Origin: Candidatus Uhrbacteria bacterium
GTDB lineage: Bacteria > Patescibacteriota > Patescibacteriia > UBA9934
DNA length: 64,000 bases
Assembly: GCA_943354605.1 (NCBI GenBank)
Contig: CALRCK010000003.1
Location: 85,609-149,608 of the forward strand
Direction: 5' to 3'
Shown: positions 35,373-46,623 of the stretch, in pieces
Numbering within the stretch: position 1 is the first letter of the stretch
Layout: each line of letters opens with the position of its first letter
Notes under the pieces: model-generated
What the model saw: the letters and a program-made list of their open reading frames with translations, nothing else
Database searches by the model: none
What the model was told of the DNA's origin: nothing
Program-made: the position numbers and the translations under genes

Positions 35373-36050
35373 TTATTTCTTGTCCTTGGTTTCCTTTGCC
35401 GCTTTTTCTGCTTCTGCAGCTTCTTCCGGCGTCAGCTTCTTTTCCTTGAGCACTTCCACCTTTGAAACGTCGGCATCCACCACTTCGTTCAACGATGCGA
35501 GCTCTTCCTCGGAACGTGGCGGCTGGACGGATGCGATCGCAACTTCGCCGTCGGTCGTAATTTCCACGCCTTCTGGCGCAACAATGTCGGAGACGCGAAT
35601 CACGTCGTCGAAGGTTGCAAGCTTTGAAACATCGATACTGATTTCGTGGACGAGCGCGTTTGGAAGCGAGATCACTTCAACTTCTTCAAGCGACTGCAAC
35701 AGTGTTCCGCCAAGTTCCTTCACGGCTGGAGCCATACCCACAAGCACCAAAGGAATCTTTGCCTCAATCTTGCGGTTTGGATCCACTGCGCGGAAGTCGA
35801 TGTGAGTCACAAAATCGTTCAATGCGTTGCGCTGAATTTCGCCAATAAGCACCTGGAACGTCTTGTCGCTAATCACGAGGTCCACAACGGTGCTTGAACC
35901 TGCGGCCGCGAAAACTTTCAAAAATGCGTTGCGATCAACCTGGATGTTTGTTGGTTCGGTGCCAAAGCCGTAAACGACTGCTGGGACGGTTCCTTCAGCA
36001 CGAAGTGCTTCAGTACCGCGGCCTTTGAGTTCGCGAAGGGTGGCATTCAT
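35373..36050 (-). CDS. rplY: 50S ribosomal protein L25 / general stress protein Ctc
   Basis: MNATLRELKGRGTEALRAEGTVPAVVYGFGTEPTNIQVDRNAFLKVF plus C-terminal beta domain and acidic tail. Confidence 0.85.
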   Translation of the reverse strand: MNATLRELKGRGTEALRAEGTVPAVVYGFGTEPTNIQVDRNAFLKVFAAAGSSTVVDLVISDKTFQVLIGEIQRNALNDFVTHIDFRAVDPNRKIEAKIPLVLVGMAPAVKELGGTLLQSLEEVEVISLPNALVHEISIDVSKLATFDDVIRVSDIVAPEGVEITTDGEVAIASVQPPRSEEELASLNEVVDADVSKVEVLKEKKLTPEEAAEAEKAAKETKDKK

Positions 36051-36158
36051 TGTTGCGTGGTTCTGCATAGATGGCGGGTATTTCATCGAATCTTAGCCTT
36101 TTTGTCAAACCGGTTATACAGAACTCCCTCAATTTCCCCATTTTCGCCGCACTTCCTC

Positions 36159-36464
36159 TTATTTCGTCATTTTTCCAAGGGCGAGATGCACGGAAAGTAC
36201 GTCGTCAAGCGTGATGCGCTTTCGGTCCATGAATCGTAGGGCGTCCTGCGTATCGCAGTCGGTAAAAATACCAACGCACGAAATATTCTGTTCGGAGCGC
36301 TCGACGATATACAACATTGCCCGGGAGCACTGCAGACACGTAGCATGAAGCGTTTCGCGCCGACCGTCTTTCTTTAAAGTGCGCAAACGTTCGCCGTCGT
36401 ATGAAACGGAACAAAACGGGCACCGGGTTACGGGGTCGAGCAATGCGCGGTCGTTCGCGTTCAT
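36159..36464 (-). CDS. Hypothetical zinc-ribbon protein
   Basis: CPFCS...CLQCS Cys pairs. 4-nt ATGA overlap with ftsW supports translation coupling. Confidence 0.45.
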   Translation of the reverse strand: MNANDRALLDPVTRCPFCSVSYDGERLRTLKKDGRRETLHATCLQCSRAMLYIVERSEQNISCVGIFTDCDTQDALRFMDRKRITLDDVLSVHLALGKMTK

Positions 36465-37585
36465 AGAAGAATATCGTGAAAACGGTCACCTGGGCGTAGT
36501 CGAATCGCAACGGACTGGACGAGCCCGAGAAGCACCAAGGAAAGCAAAAGCGCGCTTCCTCCATAGCTGACCAATGGCAGCGCAACGCCGGTTGCGGGCA
36601 TCAGCGAAAGATTTGCGCCAATGTGCACCGTAAGCTCGATAAGCATAACAGAAAACGTCCCAATACACAGATATGCACCAAACGTGTCGCGCGCCATCCT
36701 ACTCATCGCCAGCATCCGCCACAAGAGCACCACGAAAGCCAGGAACAACAACAGCACCCCAACAAACCCCAACTCCTCAGCAATCACCGCAAACACAAAG
36801 TCTGTTTGGCTTTCCGGCAAGAAACGGAGCTGACTCTGGCTGCCGTCGCCCAAACCTCTGCCCCAAAACCCGCCGGAGCCAATAGCGATCTTTGCCTGGG
36901 TGACGTTATATCCGCGGAACAGCGGGTCTCGCGACGGATCCAAGAAGGTGAGAATACGGTCCTTCTGATACGACTGAAACACAAACACCCATCCAATCAC
37001 CGCAATAAGCGCAACGCTTCCCAACAGCACAAACACCTGCGACGGACGAATGCCCGCAAACAACACCATCACCGCCCACGTTCCCACCAGAAGCGCCGCA
37101 CCTCCCAAGTCTGGTTGAAGCATGAGAAGGCCAACCGGAACCGCAACAAATCCACCACTCACGAAGAGGTCGCGCCACCCGAACCGACGTTTTGCACGTT
37201 CACTAAAATACAGCGCAAGCATCATCATGAGCGCGACCTTCATCAGCTCTACCGGCTGAAACGCGAATCCTCCCACTACAAACCAGCCCGTGGATCCATT
37301 CAGTGTTCGTCCAAAAAACAACACCAACACGAGCATCACTGCGCCCGCAACGTAAAAACCGCGAGCGTAATGACGAATTGCGTGATAATTCGCCGCCGCA
37401 ATTAGCGCACACGCCACCAAACCAATACCCAACGCGATCGCCTGCTTTTGGAGAAACACATTCGCTGAGCCGCGGGAAAGCTCAACAGAAAAAATTGCCG
37501 CAAAACCAAAGGTGATCAACACCGCCGCAGCAATCATGAGCAGTACGTCTCCTTTCCGAAGCGCCGTGAGTGAAGCAAAAGCCAT
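36461..37585 (-). CDS. ftsW: FtsW/RodA/SpoVE family peptidoglycan glycosyltransferase
   Basis: About 10 TM helices. Conserved GWFVVGGFAFQPVELMKVALMMMLALYF and ...IGSGGFWGRGLGDGSQ... blocks. Confidence 0.85.
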   Translation of the reverse strand: MAFASLTALRKGDVLLMIAAAVLITFGFAAIFSVELSRGSANVFLQKQAIALGIGLVACALIAAANYHAIRHYARGFYVAGAVMLVLVLFFGRTLNGSTGWFVVGGFAFQPVELMKVALMMMLALYFSERAKRRFGWRDLFVSGGFVAVPVGLLMLQPDLGGAALLVGTWAVMVLFAGIRPSQVFVLLGSVALIAVIGWVFVFQSYQKDRILTFLDPSRDPLFRGYNVTQAKIAIGSGGFWGRGLGDGSQSQLRFLPESQTDFVFAVIAEELGFVGVLLLFLAFVVLLWRMLAMSRMARDTFGAYLCIGTFSVMLIELTVHIGANLSLMPATGVALPLVSYGGSALLLSLVLLGLVQSVAIRLRPGDRFHDILL

Positions 37586-37594
37586 GGCCCCACA

Positions 37595-38506
37595 CTACTT
37601 CAACAAATCTCTTGGATCAATTCCTTGCTCCCCTTGTGGCGACATGTAGCTTGATTCGTCAAAAAAATTCACGTTCGGCGCAACGGTCGCGGTGGCGGTG
37701 AGGGGAATGTCGCCGTACCAACGCACTTCTGAATTCCGAATTTCTCCGGCGGTAAACTCCGACAACGTTGCTTGCGACACGCCAACCACCGCACCAGCAC
37801 GTTCAAGAATCACATTAAACTGTGGCGCCCAATAGCTATATGGCGAGGCGTTCGTGACGGTAAACGTTGTGCGGCCAATCTTGTCGTTCGCAAGCGCAAT
37901 GTCGGCGGCATACGTCGGTGTCGTGAGCAAAAAATTTCCATGTTCCGCAAGCCATGCCGCAACGTCTGGCGCGTCGTGATGATTCACGCGATGCCACACA
38001 ATATTCTCGAGTGTTATGGACGGAGACGATGGACGACCGTCAGCCTTCGTTCCAAGCGAAAGCAGATATTTACTCTCCCCCGGCATCACAAAGCCGTCTT
38101 CAATTCGAGAGGTCGTAGATCCAGCGGAAAAGCTATACGTAAATGTTGCGTACCAATCCGCGTTCGTATTTTTTACCGTTGCATAAAAGTCGTAACTCGT
38201 CGGTGTTCCCTGCACGACTTTTGCCGATCCAAGCGTGAGTTGCTGCGCGTCGCTTCCCTTTGCAATGGAGTGCATTGCAGCAATATTATTCGCAAAGCCT
38301 GCGGCCGAGCGAATCTCAGCGAACGAATCGGAAACAATGTACCCAATAATGACGAGCGCAAAAAATGCCAACATCGCAACATCAGCAATCACCGCCAGCG
38401 CAAAACCCAAGCGCATCAATTTTGGCCGAGCTTCAACAATGCGAATATCGCGCCTGTTCTGCGCCTCGATCGCTTGAAGTTCCGGGGAAAGAATCGGATT
38501 GGCCAC
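37595..38506 (-). CDS. Hypothetical single-pass membrane protein upstream of ftsW
   Basis: TM LGFALAVIADVAMLAFFALVIIGYIV followed by a ~230 aa extracytoplasmic domain. Possible divisome-associated protein. Confidence 0.45.
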   Translation of the reverse strand: MANPILSPELQAIEAQNRRDIRIVEARPKLMRLGFALAVIADVAMLAFFALVIIGYIVSDSFAEIRSAAGFANNIAAMHSIAKGSDAQQLTLGSAKVVQGTPTSYDFYATVKNTNADWYATFTYSFSAGSTTSRIEDGFVMPGESKYLLSLGTKADGRPSSPSITLENIVWHRVNHHDAPDVAAWLAEHGNFLLTTPTYAADIALANDKIGRTTFTVTNASPYSYWAPQFNVILERAGAVVGVSQATLSEFTAGEIRNSEVRWYGDIPLTATATVAPNVNFFDESSYMSPQGEQGIDPRDLLK

Positions 38507-38646
38507 AAATCAAAGTCCAAAAAGACTTTTAGCTTCTGTCAACAGAATAATACCATGTCTCGCTTGTTCCCGATCGACCGCGCATGATAAACTCCGATCA
38601 CGAAATTATTAGAACTTTTTTATTTGCGGCGAGTTTGGGCGCGCAG

Positions 38647-40741
<2,095 letters not shown>

Positions 40742-40742
40742 A

Positions 40743-40765
40743 AAGGGGTCAGGTCGTTTATTGCC
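40743..40765 (+). repeat. Solo copy of the 22-bp repeat AAAGGGGTCAGGTCGTTTATTGC (same as the inverted repeats flanking the Y1 transposase at 59658/60553)
   Basis: Exact 21/22 match. Sits at the junction between the gyrB stop and the high-GC PNP island. Confidence 0.7.
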
Positions 40766-40772
40766 GAGTTTC

Positions 40773-40806
40773 CAAAACACCAGCCTCATCGCTGGTGTTT
40801 TGTTTG
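40773..40806 (+). terminator. Rho-independent terminator after gyrB
   Basis: AACACCAGCctcatcGCTGGTGTT followed by TTGTTTG. Confidence 0.6.
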
Positions 40807-40844
40807 AATCTTTTGTACGCTTTTCGCGCCACTTTGGAGGGCAA

Positions 40845-41693
40845 TTGCAACCCGAACTCACTCGTCGCGATCGTCTCAACGCCGCCGCCCACGACGCAGC
40901 AACAGAAAACCTCCGTCAGCTCGGCAACATCAACACCGACATCGCCGTCGTGCTGGGTACCGGCTGGGGCAAAACCGTGGAGCTCGCCAAAAGCGTCCCT
41001 CTCTCGTACCTCAATCCGGTCTTCAGCCGCCTGGCCGATCTCCCCAGTCACGCCCGGAAGATCGGGATCGCGACGATTGGCGGCAAGCGCGTGCTCGTCG
41101 TGTCTGGCCGCATCCATCTGTACGAGAACAACCGCGATGCAGTGTACGTCCTCATGCGGATCCTGTGGGAACTAGGCATCCGGAAGCTGATCATCACGTC
41201 GGCGACCGGCGGCATGCGGGACTACATCCGTAAGGGCGACATCGTCGTCATCACAGACCTCATCAAGAACCTCGCCTCTCCGGTGGACGGCCCGCCGTTC
41301 CCCAACCCGCATGTCATGATCCCCACCGAGTTGATGCACCGCATCTTCGCCGATGCGCCCGTCAACCGCGTACACATCGGGCATTGCGTGAGCAACGCTG
41401 GGCCAGACTTCGAGAGTCCCGGCGATCGCTTGCAGATCGACCGGCCTGGCGTGCAGTGCGTTGGCATGAGCGGCAGGCCGGAAGCGACGTGCTTCGCGAG
41501 CTTCGTGGAGCAGAACAACCTTCGAGCAGGCAATCGCGCCATCGTCGTTCCCATCACCTGCATCAGCAATGGGCTCGCCGATCCGCATAGCCACAGCAAC
41601 AACACGGCCGCTATGAACGCGAACGCGGAGCGATTGAGTGTGATGCTCGCGCACACCGTGAAGCTGACCGCGGTGCAGCGTCTCAAGCGCTAG
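40845..41693 (+). CDS. Purine nucleoside phosphorylase / MTA phosphorylase family protein (high-GC island; TTG start proposed)
   Basis: DIAVVLGTGWGKTVELAKSVPLSYLNPVFS...IATIGGKRVLVVSGRIHLYE...ITSATGGMR...HIGHCVSNAGPDFESPGDR shows the PNP-I family blocks. SD GGAGGG lies 3 nt before TTG 40845. All in-frame ATGs lie inside gyrB. GC is about 62%. Confidence 0.55.
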   Translation: MQPELTRRDRLNAAAHDAATENLRQLGNINTDIAVVLGTGWGKTVELAKSVPLSYLNPVFSRLADLPSHARKIGIATIGGKRVLVVSGRIHLYENNRDAVYVLMRILWELGIRKLIITSATGGMRDYIRKGDIVVITDLIKNLASPVDGPPFPNPHVMIPTELMHRIFADAPVNRVHIGHCVSNAGPDFESPGDRLQIDRPGVQCVGMSGRPEATCFASFVEQNNLRAGNRAIVVPITCISNGLADPHSHSNNTAAMNANAERLSVMLAHTVKLTAVQRLKR

Positions 41694-41718
41694 AACGTAC
41701 AACGCGTCACACACGAAC

Positions 41719-41748
41719 GACGGCCCCTCGGGCCGTCGTTTCGCTTTT
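41719..41748 (+). terminator. Rho-independent terminator after PNP gene
   Basis: GACGGCCCctcGGGCCGTC followed by GTTTCGCTTTT. A second hairpin, CCCCGCAAGGGG plus TTTTTT, follows at 41799-41816. Confidence 0.6.
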
Positions 41749-41958
41749 CCACCGACCCCCTTGCTCCCCCGCCAAATTCGGTGTATATTTCCGTCGTTCC
41801 CCGCAAGGGGTTTTTTGATACAATGCGACTAGCTATTTCGTCCACATTCGGCTTGCGGGCCCCTGGCAACGTCGTCAACGTACGATTTTGTACGTCTCCT
41901 CGTCGCCATCCCGCGCACCGAACGTGAACAAAATATCTTCGTCGCAGTCATTCCCCAT

Positions 41959-42162
41959 ATGCAACGCATCCTCAACAATCCAGCAATCAAGTACTTCCGT
42001 GAGGCACGGATGGAGCTGGAAAAGGTTTCTTGGCCAAGCCGCAAAGACACCGTCATGTATTCCACCATCGTCCTCGTCCTCAGCCTGGCAACCGCAGCCT
42101 TCATTGGCGTGCTCGACCTTGGCTTGAGCAAGGGCCTGGAGTTCCTTATTTCCAAAGTCTAA
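41959..42162 (+). CDS. secE: Preprotein translocase subunit SecE
   Basis: 67 aa. KYFREARMELEKVSWPSRKDTVMYSTIVLVLSLATAAFIGVLDLGL has a single C-terminal TM. Confidence 0.8.
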   Translation: MQRILNNPAIKYFREARMELEKVSWPSRKDTVMYSTIVLVLSLATAAFIGVLDLGLSKGLEFLISKV

Positions 42163-42164
42163 GT

Positions 42165-42710
42165 ATGGCAAAGCAAACCGCCAATTACGGCCGACGCTGG
42201 TACGTCATTCACACCTACTCGGGATACGAAGAAAGCGTGGTGGAGGCACTCACCCAGCGTATGAGCACCATGGACATGGAAGAGAAGATTTTCAACATTC
42301 TCGTTCCAAAGGAGAAGAAGATCAAAATCAAGAACGGCGCACGCAAGGTGGTTGAAGAAAAAATCTTCCCTGGCTACGTGCTCGTGGAAATGATCGTGAC
42401 CGACGACAGCTGGTACGTGGTGCGCAACACACCAAACGTCACTGGGTTCATCGGTACCGGAAACACGCCAACGCCGATTCCGCAAGAACAGGTGGACGAT
42501 CTCATGAAGCGCGTGGGCGTTGCCGAGCCAGAATTCAAGATCGACGTGGAAAGGGGTTCTCTCGTCGCTATTACCGACGGTCCGTTCAAGGGCCAGCAAG
42601 GAAAGGTGGACGACGTGGATATGTCTCGTGGAAAGGTCAAAGTCATGGTGTCCATGTTCGGCCGCGAAACCCCGCTCGAACTGGATTTCTTGCAGGTCAA
42701 GAAGGTGTAA
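42165..42710 (+). CDS. nusG: Transcription termination/antitermination protein NusG
   Basis: RWYVIHTYSGYEESV (NGN domain) and C-terminal KOW (GPFKGQQGKVDDVDMSRGKVKVMVSMFGRETPLEL). Confidence 0.9.
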   Translation: MAKQTANYGRRWYVIHTYSGYEESVVEALTQRMSTMDMEEKIFNILVPKEKKIKIKNGARKVVEEKIFPGYVLVEMIVTDDSWYVVRNTPNVTGFIGTGNTPTPIPQEQVDDLMKRVGVAEPEFKIDVERGSLVAITDGPFKGQQGKVDDVDMSRGKVKVMVSMFGRETPLELDFLQVKKV

Positions 42711-42728
42711 ATCAAAATCCTCCGATCA

Positions 42729-42767
42729 AAAACGACCGTTCCGAGCTATCGGAGCGGTCGTTTTGTT
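42729..42767 (+). terminator. nusG-rplK intergenic attenuator/terminator hairpin
   Basis: GACCGTTCCGagctatCGGAGCGGTC followed by GTTTTGTTG, with a TTGACT -35-like hexamer directly after. Confidence 0.55.
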
Positions 42768-42863
42768 GACTATTTCCGCCAATACTGGCACACTTTCCGC
42801 ACTTATTAACGACGTGGTCGCTTGGGTAAATCCCCAGGAATCCACTATAAATACTCACTCGTT

Positions 42864-43289
42864 ATGGCAAAGAAGATCAAAGCGGTGATCAAAGTCCAGT
42901 CAATCGGAGGTCGGGCAACACCAGCACCTCCACTCGGACCAGCACTCGGTGCACAGGGTGTGAACATTCAGCAGTTCGTGCAGGAATTCAATGCACAAAC
43001 ACAGGACCGCATGGGAGAGACTGTTCCAGCGATCATCACCATTTACGAAGACCGCACGTTCAGCTTTATCCTGAAGACCGCTCCAGCGAGCGACTTAGTG
43101 AAGAAAGCAATCGGCCTTGAAAAGGGATCCGGAAAGCCACTCACCGAAAAAGTGGGGAAAATCACCCAAGCACAGTTGAGAGAAGTTGCCATGAAGAAAA
43201 TGCCAGACCTCAACACCACAAACGTAGAGGCTGCCATGAAGATCATTGCAGGAACGTGCCGACAGATGGGAGTCGATGTCGTCGCGTAA
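42864..43289 (+). CDS. rplK: 50S ribosomal protein L11
   Basis: [43 protein letters not shown] is canonical L11. Confidence 0.95.
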   Translation: MAKKIKAVIKVQSIGGRATPAPPLGPALGAQGVNIQQFVQEFNAQTQDRMGETVPAIITIYEDRTFSFILKTAPASDLVKKAIGLEKGSGKPLTEKVGKITQAQLREVAMKKMPDLNTTNVEAAMKIIAGTCRQMGVDVVA

Positions 43290-43323
43290 TGATATCCTTG
43301 GGAAAGATTCTTATCTTTACCCT

Positions 43324-43608
43324 ATGGATGCCCACAAACGTTCTTGGCCAAGTTACTTCACCGTCGTGTCGTTTATTACTGGAATGCTCGTGCTTTTTGG
43401 AGCCATTGGTCTTGTCACGAGCAGCCTTCATCTCCTCGTCCCAGCCGCAAATGTTATTGGGAGCCGAGACACCCTTGAAACCGTTCGCCAAAATCTTCTC
43501 GATAAGCTCGTTGACAGTACCAGCCTTCTCATCGTGAGCGCTCCACTGTTCTGGCTCCACTTCCGCTTTTTCCTTCGTCAATGGGAAAAGCAACACAAAG
43601 AAAAATAA
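43324..43608 (+). CDS. Candidate small two-TM membrane protein in the unusually long rplK-rplA spacer (speculative)
   Basis: Same strand as the flanking genes. TM helices SWPSYFTVVSFITGMLVLFGAIGLV and SLLIVSAPLFWLHFRFF. Overlapping alternative-frame ORFs exist, so this call is weak. Confidence 0.3.
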   Translation: MDAHKRSWPSYFTVVSFITGMLVLFGAIGLVTSSLHLLVPAANVIGSRDTLETVRQNLLDKLVDSTSLLIVSAPLFWLHFRFFLRQWEKQHKEK

Positions 43609-43674
43609 CCCCTAATCTTGTGGGAGATCGATTCGATCGCTATCACCACAAACAACCCTATGATCGGTAAGCGA

Positions 43675-44346
43675 ATGGCTACGGCAAAGCAGATGATCGA
43701 CAAAAAGAAACTGTACGCTGTGAAAGACGCTGTTGCGCTTTTGAAAGAAACCGCAAAGGCAAAGTTCGACGAAACGGTTGAATTGCACTTCGCGCTTGGA
43801 ATCGATCCAAAGCAAGGCGACCAGCAGATCCGTGGAACCGTCACGTTGCCACACGGCACCGGTAAGACGAAGCGTGTCATTGCGTTCGTGGACGCAAACA
43901 ACGAAGCTGCAGCAAAGGCAGCAGGCGCAGACATTGTTGGAACCGAAGAAGTCCTCGAAACGATTATCCGCACCGGAAAGATCGACTTCGACGTTGCTGT
44001 TGCTGTTCCAAGCATGATGCCAAAGCTTGCAAAGGCAGCAAAAATTCTTGGCCCTCGCGGTTTGATGCCAAACCCAAAGACCGACACCGTTGGTCCAAAC
44101 ATTGGGAAGATCATCGAAGAGCAGAAGGGTGGAAAGGTTGCATTCAAGAACGATAACACCGCCAACGTGCACATGATTGTGGGAAAGGCCTCGTTCAGCC
44201 CAGAGAATCTTGTTGCAAACCTTGCAACAGCGATTGAAGCCATCCGCAAGGTAAAACCAGCGTCAAGTAAGGGCATCTACATGAAGTCGGTCACCATGAC
44301 TTCAACGATGGGCCCAGCAATTAAGCTTGACCAGGCATCGGTCTAA
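43675..44346 (+). CDS. rplA: 50S ribosomal protein L1
   Basis: MATAKQMIDKKKLYAVKDAVALLKETAKAKFDETVELHFALGIDPKQGDQQIRGTVTLPHGTGK is canonical L1. Confidence 0.9.
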   Translation: MATAKQMIDKKKLYAVKDAVALLKETAKAKFDETVELHFALGIDPKQGDQQIRGTVTLPHGTGKTKRVIAFVDANNEAAAKAAGADIVGTEEVLETIIRTGKIDFDVAVAVPSMMPKLAKAAKILGPRGLMPNPKTDTVGPNIGKIIEEQKGGKVAFKNDNTANVHMIVGKASFSPENLVANLATAIEAIRKVKPASSKGIYMKSVTMTSTMGPAIKLDQASV

Positions 44347-44380
44347 GGTAGTAGAGCGTAGGCCGTTGGCAGTAGCCAGA

Positions 44381-44416
44381 AATCCCCTCGATTCGAAAGA
44401 ATTCGAGGGGATTTTG
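44381..44416 (+). terminator. Rho-independent terminator after rplA
   Basis: AATCCCCTCGAAttcgaaagaaTTCGAGGGGATT followed by TTGG, a 12-bp stem. Confidence 0.65.
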
Positions 44417-44425
44417 GTTGTCCAC

Positions 44426-45061
44426 ATGATCAATTATGCATCTCCTGGATCACTGCTAAACTCGGGGCATATGTCGTCGCCCTATCACGATCCATTCGGT
44501 CCAGGGAGCAACGTGGAAAAGCGCTGCGTCGCGGATCAGGAAAAGCTCCGCGTGCTCGTTGAAAGCCTCAAGGCGCTTGGAATGAAGATCGTCCTCACCC
44601 AAGGCGTGTACGACCTTATTCACGAAGGCCACGCAGCGTACTTGGAAAAGGCGAAGTCACTTGGCGATATTCTTATCGTCGGAGTCGATTCCGACGAACT
44701 GACGAAAATCCGCAAAGGGCCAAAGCGACCAATTGTTCCACAGGCGGAGCGCATCAACATGCTCCTCCACCTGCGCCACGTGGACTTGGTAACGATCAAA
44801 GAAGCCCACCACGGAATTGGCGACATCATTGAAATCGTGAAGCCCGATGTTATGGTCTTTTCGTCGTCCACCACCGATATCGGACCAATCGATGTTGAAG
44901 GATACAAACAACATTGCGGAGAGATTGTCGTTCTTCCACCGCAAGCAACAACAACGACAACAGCACGCGTTCGCAATCTCACCATCGAAGGCGTTGAAGA
45001 CCTCGCAAAAGAAGTAAATACACTGATGACGAATTTCGTGACGAAAATTCGCGAAGGCTAA
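44426..45061 (+). CDS. Cytidylyltransferase-like nucleotidyltransferase domain protein (HxGH family)
   Basis: LTQGVYDLIHEGHAAYLEKAKSLGDILIVGVDSD is the HxGH nucleotidyltransferase motif (RfaE-II/TagD-like). Confidence 0.6.
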   Translation: MINYASPGSLLNSGHMSSPYHDPFGPGSNVEKRCVADQEKLRVLVESLKALGMKIVLTQGVYDLIHEGHAAYLEKAKSLGDILIVGVDSDELTKIRKGPKRPIVPQAERINMLLHLRHVDLVTIKEAHHGIGDIIEIVKPDVMVFSSSTTDIGPIDVEGYKQHCGEIVVLPPQATTTTTARVRNLTIEGVEDLAKEVNTLMTNFVTKIREG

Positions 45062-45062
45062 T

Positions 45063-45986
45063 ATGCTCATCGCGTTCGTTCCGGTTTTACACAAGGGCTA
45101 CATCGACCTTTTCAAAAAATATCCCGACACCCTCGGCATTCTTGGCGCTGACGTCATTGCCGACTTCACATCACTCACTCGCGACTGCCGCGTGGTTGAT
45201 CCTGAGGCGATGAAGCTTGCGATCGAAAGTCTCGGGATTTTTTCATCGGTTCGCGTGCTTTCGAAATCGGATCTCGCTTCGGTCGCGTGGGGTCCTGTCG
45301 CCTCGGACCCCGTTGGTGCTCAAACCGACGGGGCGGTTTTGCGCGCCACCGGGGACCTCCCTCGGCGCCACCCCGTGCTCCCTTCGCTCGAATCAATTCG
45401 ATTCATCATGCCAGACGAAGACGTGTCGCGCGCGCTCGCGGAACAATACAACATTCCCGATGTTACGTTTGAATCGGTTTTCCTCCGCTGGGACAAAATG
45501 CCGACACTGCGCGAAAATATCATCGCACCACATCGAAAGATCACCACAGATGTGTTCGTAAAATCGATGATGAACCTCGCAATTGCAGAATCGATAAAAA
45601 GCTCTGATTGGTGGCGCCAGATTGGAACCGCAATTGTGAGAGACGGCGCAGTCATTGCGCTCAGCCACAACAAGCACCTCCCCACCGATTACCATCTTGC
45701 GATCAATGGCGATCCGCGAACAATTTTTGATGCCGGCCAGCACATCGATATTGCAACATCCATCCATTCCGAAGCGCTTGCCGTTGCCCAAAGCGCAAAA
45801 ACCGGCACGTCGCTCAACGGCGCCGAGGCGTTCGTTACCACATTTCCCTGTCCAAACTGTGCACGTTTGCTTGCCGAAGCCGGAATCAAAACCGTGTATT
45901 ACCACAAGGGCTATTCCCTACTCGATGCTGAAGAAATCTTGAAAGCGTACGGAGTCGAAATTATATTGGTTGATCCGACAAAATAA
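45063..45986 (+). CDS. dCMP/CMP deaminase-family protein with uncharacterised N-terminal domain containing a GC-rich in-frame insertion
   Basis: C-terminal HSEALAVAQ...TTFPCPNCARLLAEAGIKTVYY has the zinc-binding H(A/S)E and PCxxC motifs. The N-terminal ~170 aa are unknown and include the 45275-45395 GC-rich hairpin segment. Confidence 0.6.
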   Translation: MLIAFVPVLHKGYIDLFKKYPDTLGILGADVIADFTSLTRDCRVVDPEAMKLAIESLGIFSSVRVLSKSDLASVAWGPVASDPVGAQTDGAVLRATGDLPRRHPVLPSLESIRFIMPDEDVSRALAEQYNIPDVTFESVFLRWDKMPTLRENIIAPHRKITTDVFVKSMMNLAIAESIKSSDWWRQIGTAIVRDGAVIALSHNKHLPTDYHLAINGDPRTIFDAGQHIDIATSIHSEALAVAQSAKTGTSLNGAEAFVTTFPCPNCARLLAEAGIKTVYYHKGYSLLDAEEILKAYGVEIILVDPTK

Positions 45987-45987
45987 G

Positions 45988-46073
45988 CGTCAGTCATTGC
46001 GAGGCTGTAATCAGCCGAAGCAATCTAGGCTACCCTGGATTGCCGCGTCGGGATTACCCTCCTCGCAATGACA
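45988..46073. repeat. REP/MITE-like nested palindromic element, family 1b, copy 5
   Basis: GTCATTGCGAGGCTGTAATCAGCCGAAGCAATCTAGG...CCTGGATTGCCGCGTCGGGATTACCCTCCTCGCAATGAC. Confidence 0.75.
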
Positions 46074-46080
46074 CATTTTA

Positions 46081-46524
46081 TTAACCGATACGGGTGCGTA
46101 AACCTAGTGCAGGATCGTAACTGGTGTCATCGGGATTAGACTGCACGAGGTTCGCATGAAGATGCGTCACTGACGCGCCAGTGAATCGCGTTTCCCCAAA
46201 TCGCATCAAAAACGTTCCGCCCACCATTGTGGTATCGCCGACCAGCTCTTGAATGATTCCGTACAGCTCAGCCCACGCCTCGGGAATAATTTTCGAAACG
46301 TGATCGATGTGCTCCGTGTGAATGATGAGTTTGTGATGCTTCGACGGCGTATACGGAAATTGATTATCGGTCACAATCCAAAACTTCCAGCGCGTCATCG
46401 GTAATTTATGAAACTCCGCAAGGCGCTCTGGGCAAAACGGGCAAACATTTTGCGCGGCAATACCGGCAATCACCTTGTCGTATCCTCCCGGTCGCGCATT
46501 CTGCTGATTGACAAAGTCACTCAT
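46081..46524 (-). CDS. HIT (histidine triad) family protein
   Basis: VTHLHANLV carries the HxHxHxx motif. Flanked on both sides by family-1b repeats in direct orientation. Confidence 0.75.
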   Translation of the reverse strand: MSDFVNQQNARPGGYDKVIAGIAAQNVCPFCPERLAEFHKLPMTRWKFWIVTDNQFPYTPSKHHKLIIHTEHIDHVSKIIPEAWAELYGIIQELVGDTTMVGGTFLMRFGETRFTGASVTHLHANLVQSNPDDTSYDPALGLRTRIG

Positions 46525-46537
46525 AATATCTTTTTCG

Positions 46538-46615
46538 TCTTTGCGAGGCTGTCATCGGCCGAAGCAATCTCGGTTCACCTGGATTGCCGCGTCGCGATGA
46601 CGCTCCTCGCAATGA
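46538..46615. repeat. REP/MITE-like nested palindromic element, family 1b, copy 6 (termini slightly degenerate)
   Basis: GTCTTTGCGAGGCTGTCATCGGCCGAAGCAATCTCGG...CCTGGATTGCCGCGTCGCGATGACGCTCCTCGCAATGATG. Confidence 0.7.
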
Positions 46616-46623
46616 TGAAGGGA

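Noticed and set aside
36623-37405. 260-aa plus-strand ORF rich in His/Arg/Lys
   Set aside because: Antisense to ftsW. The composition is non-protein-like.
43243-43596. 117-aa minus-strand ORF in the rplK-rplA spacer
   Set aside because: Opposite to the operon direction and lacks any hydrophobic or motif signal. The plus-strand 2-TM ORF is the more plausible of the overlapping candidates, though still speculative.
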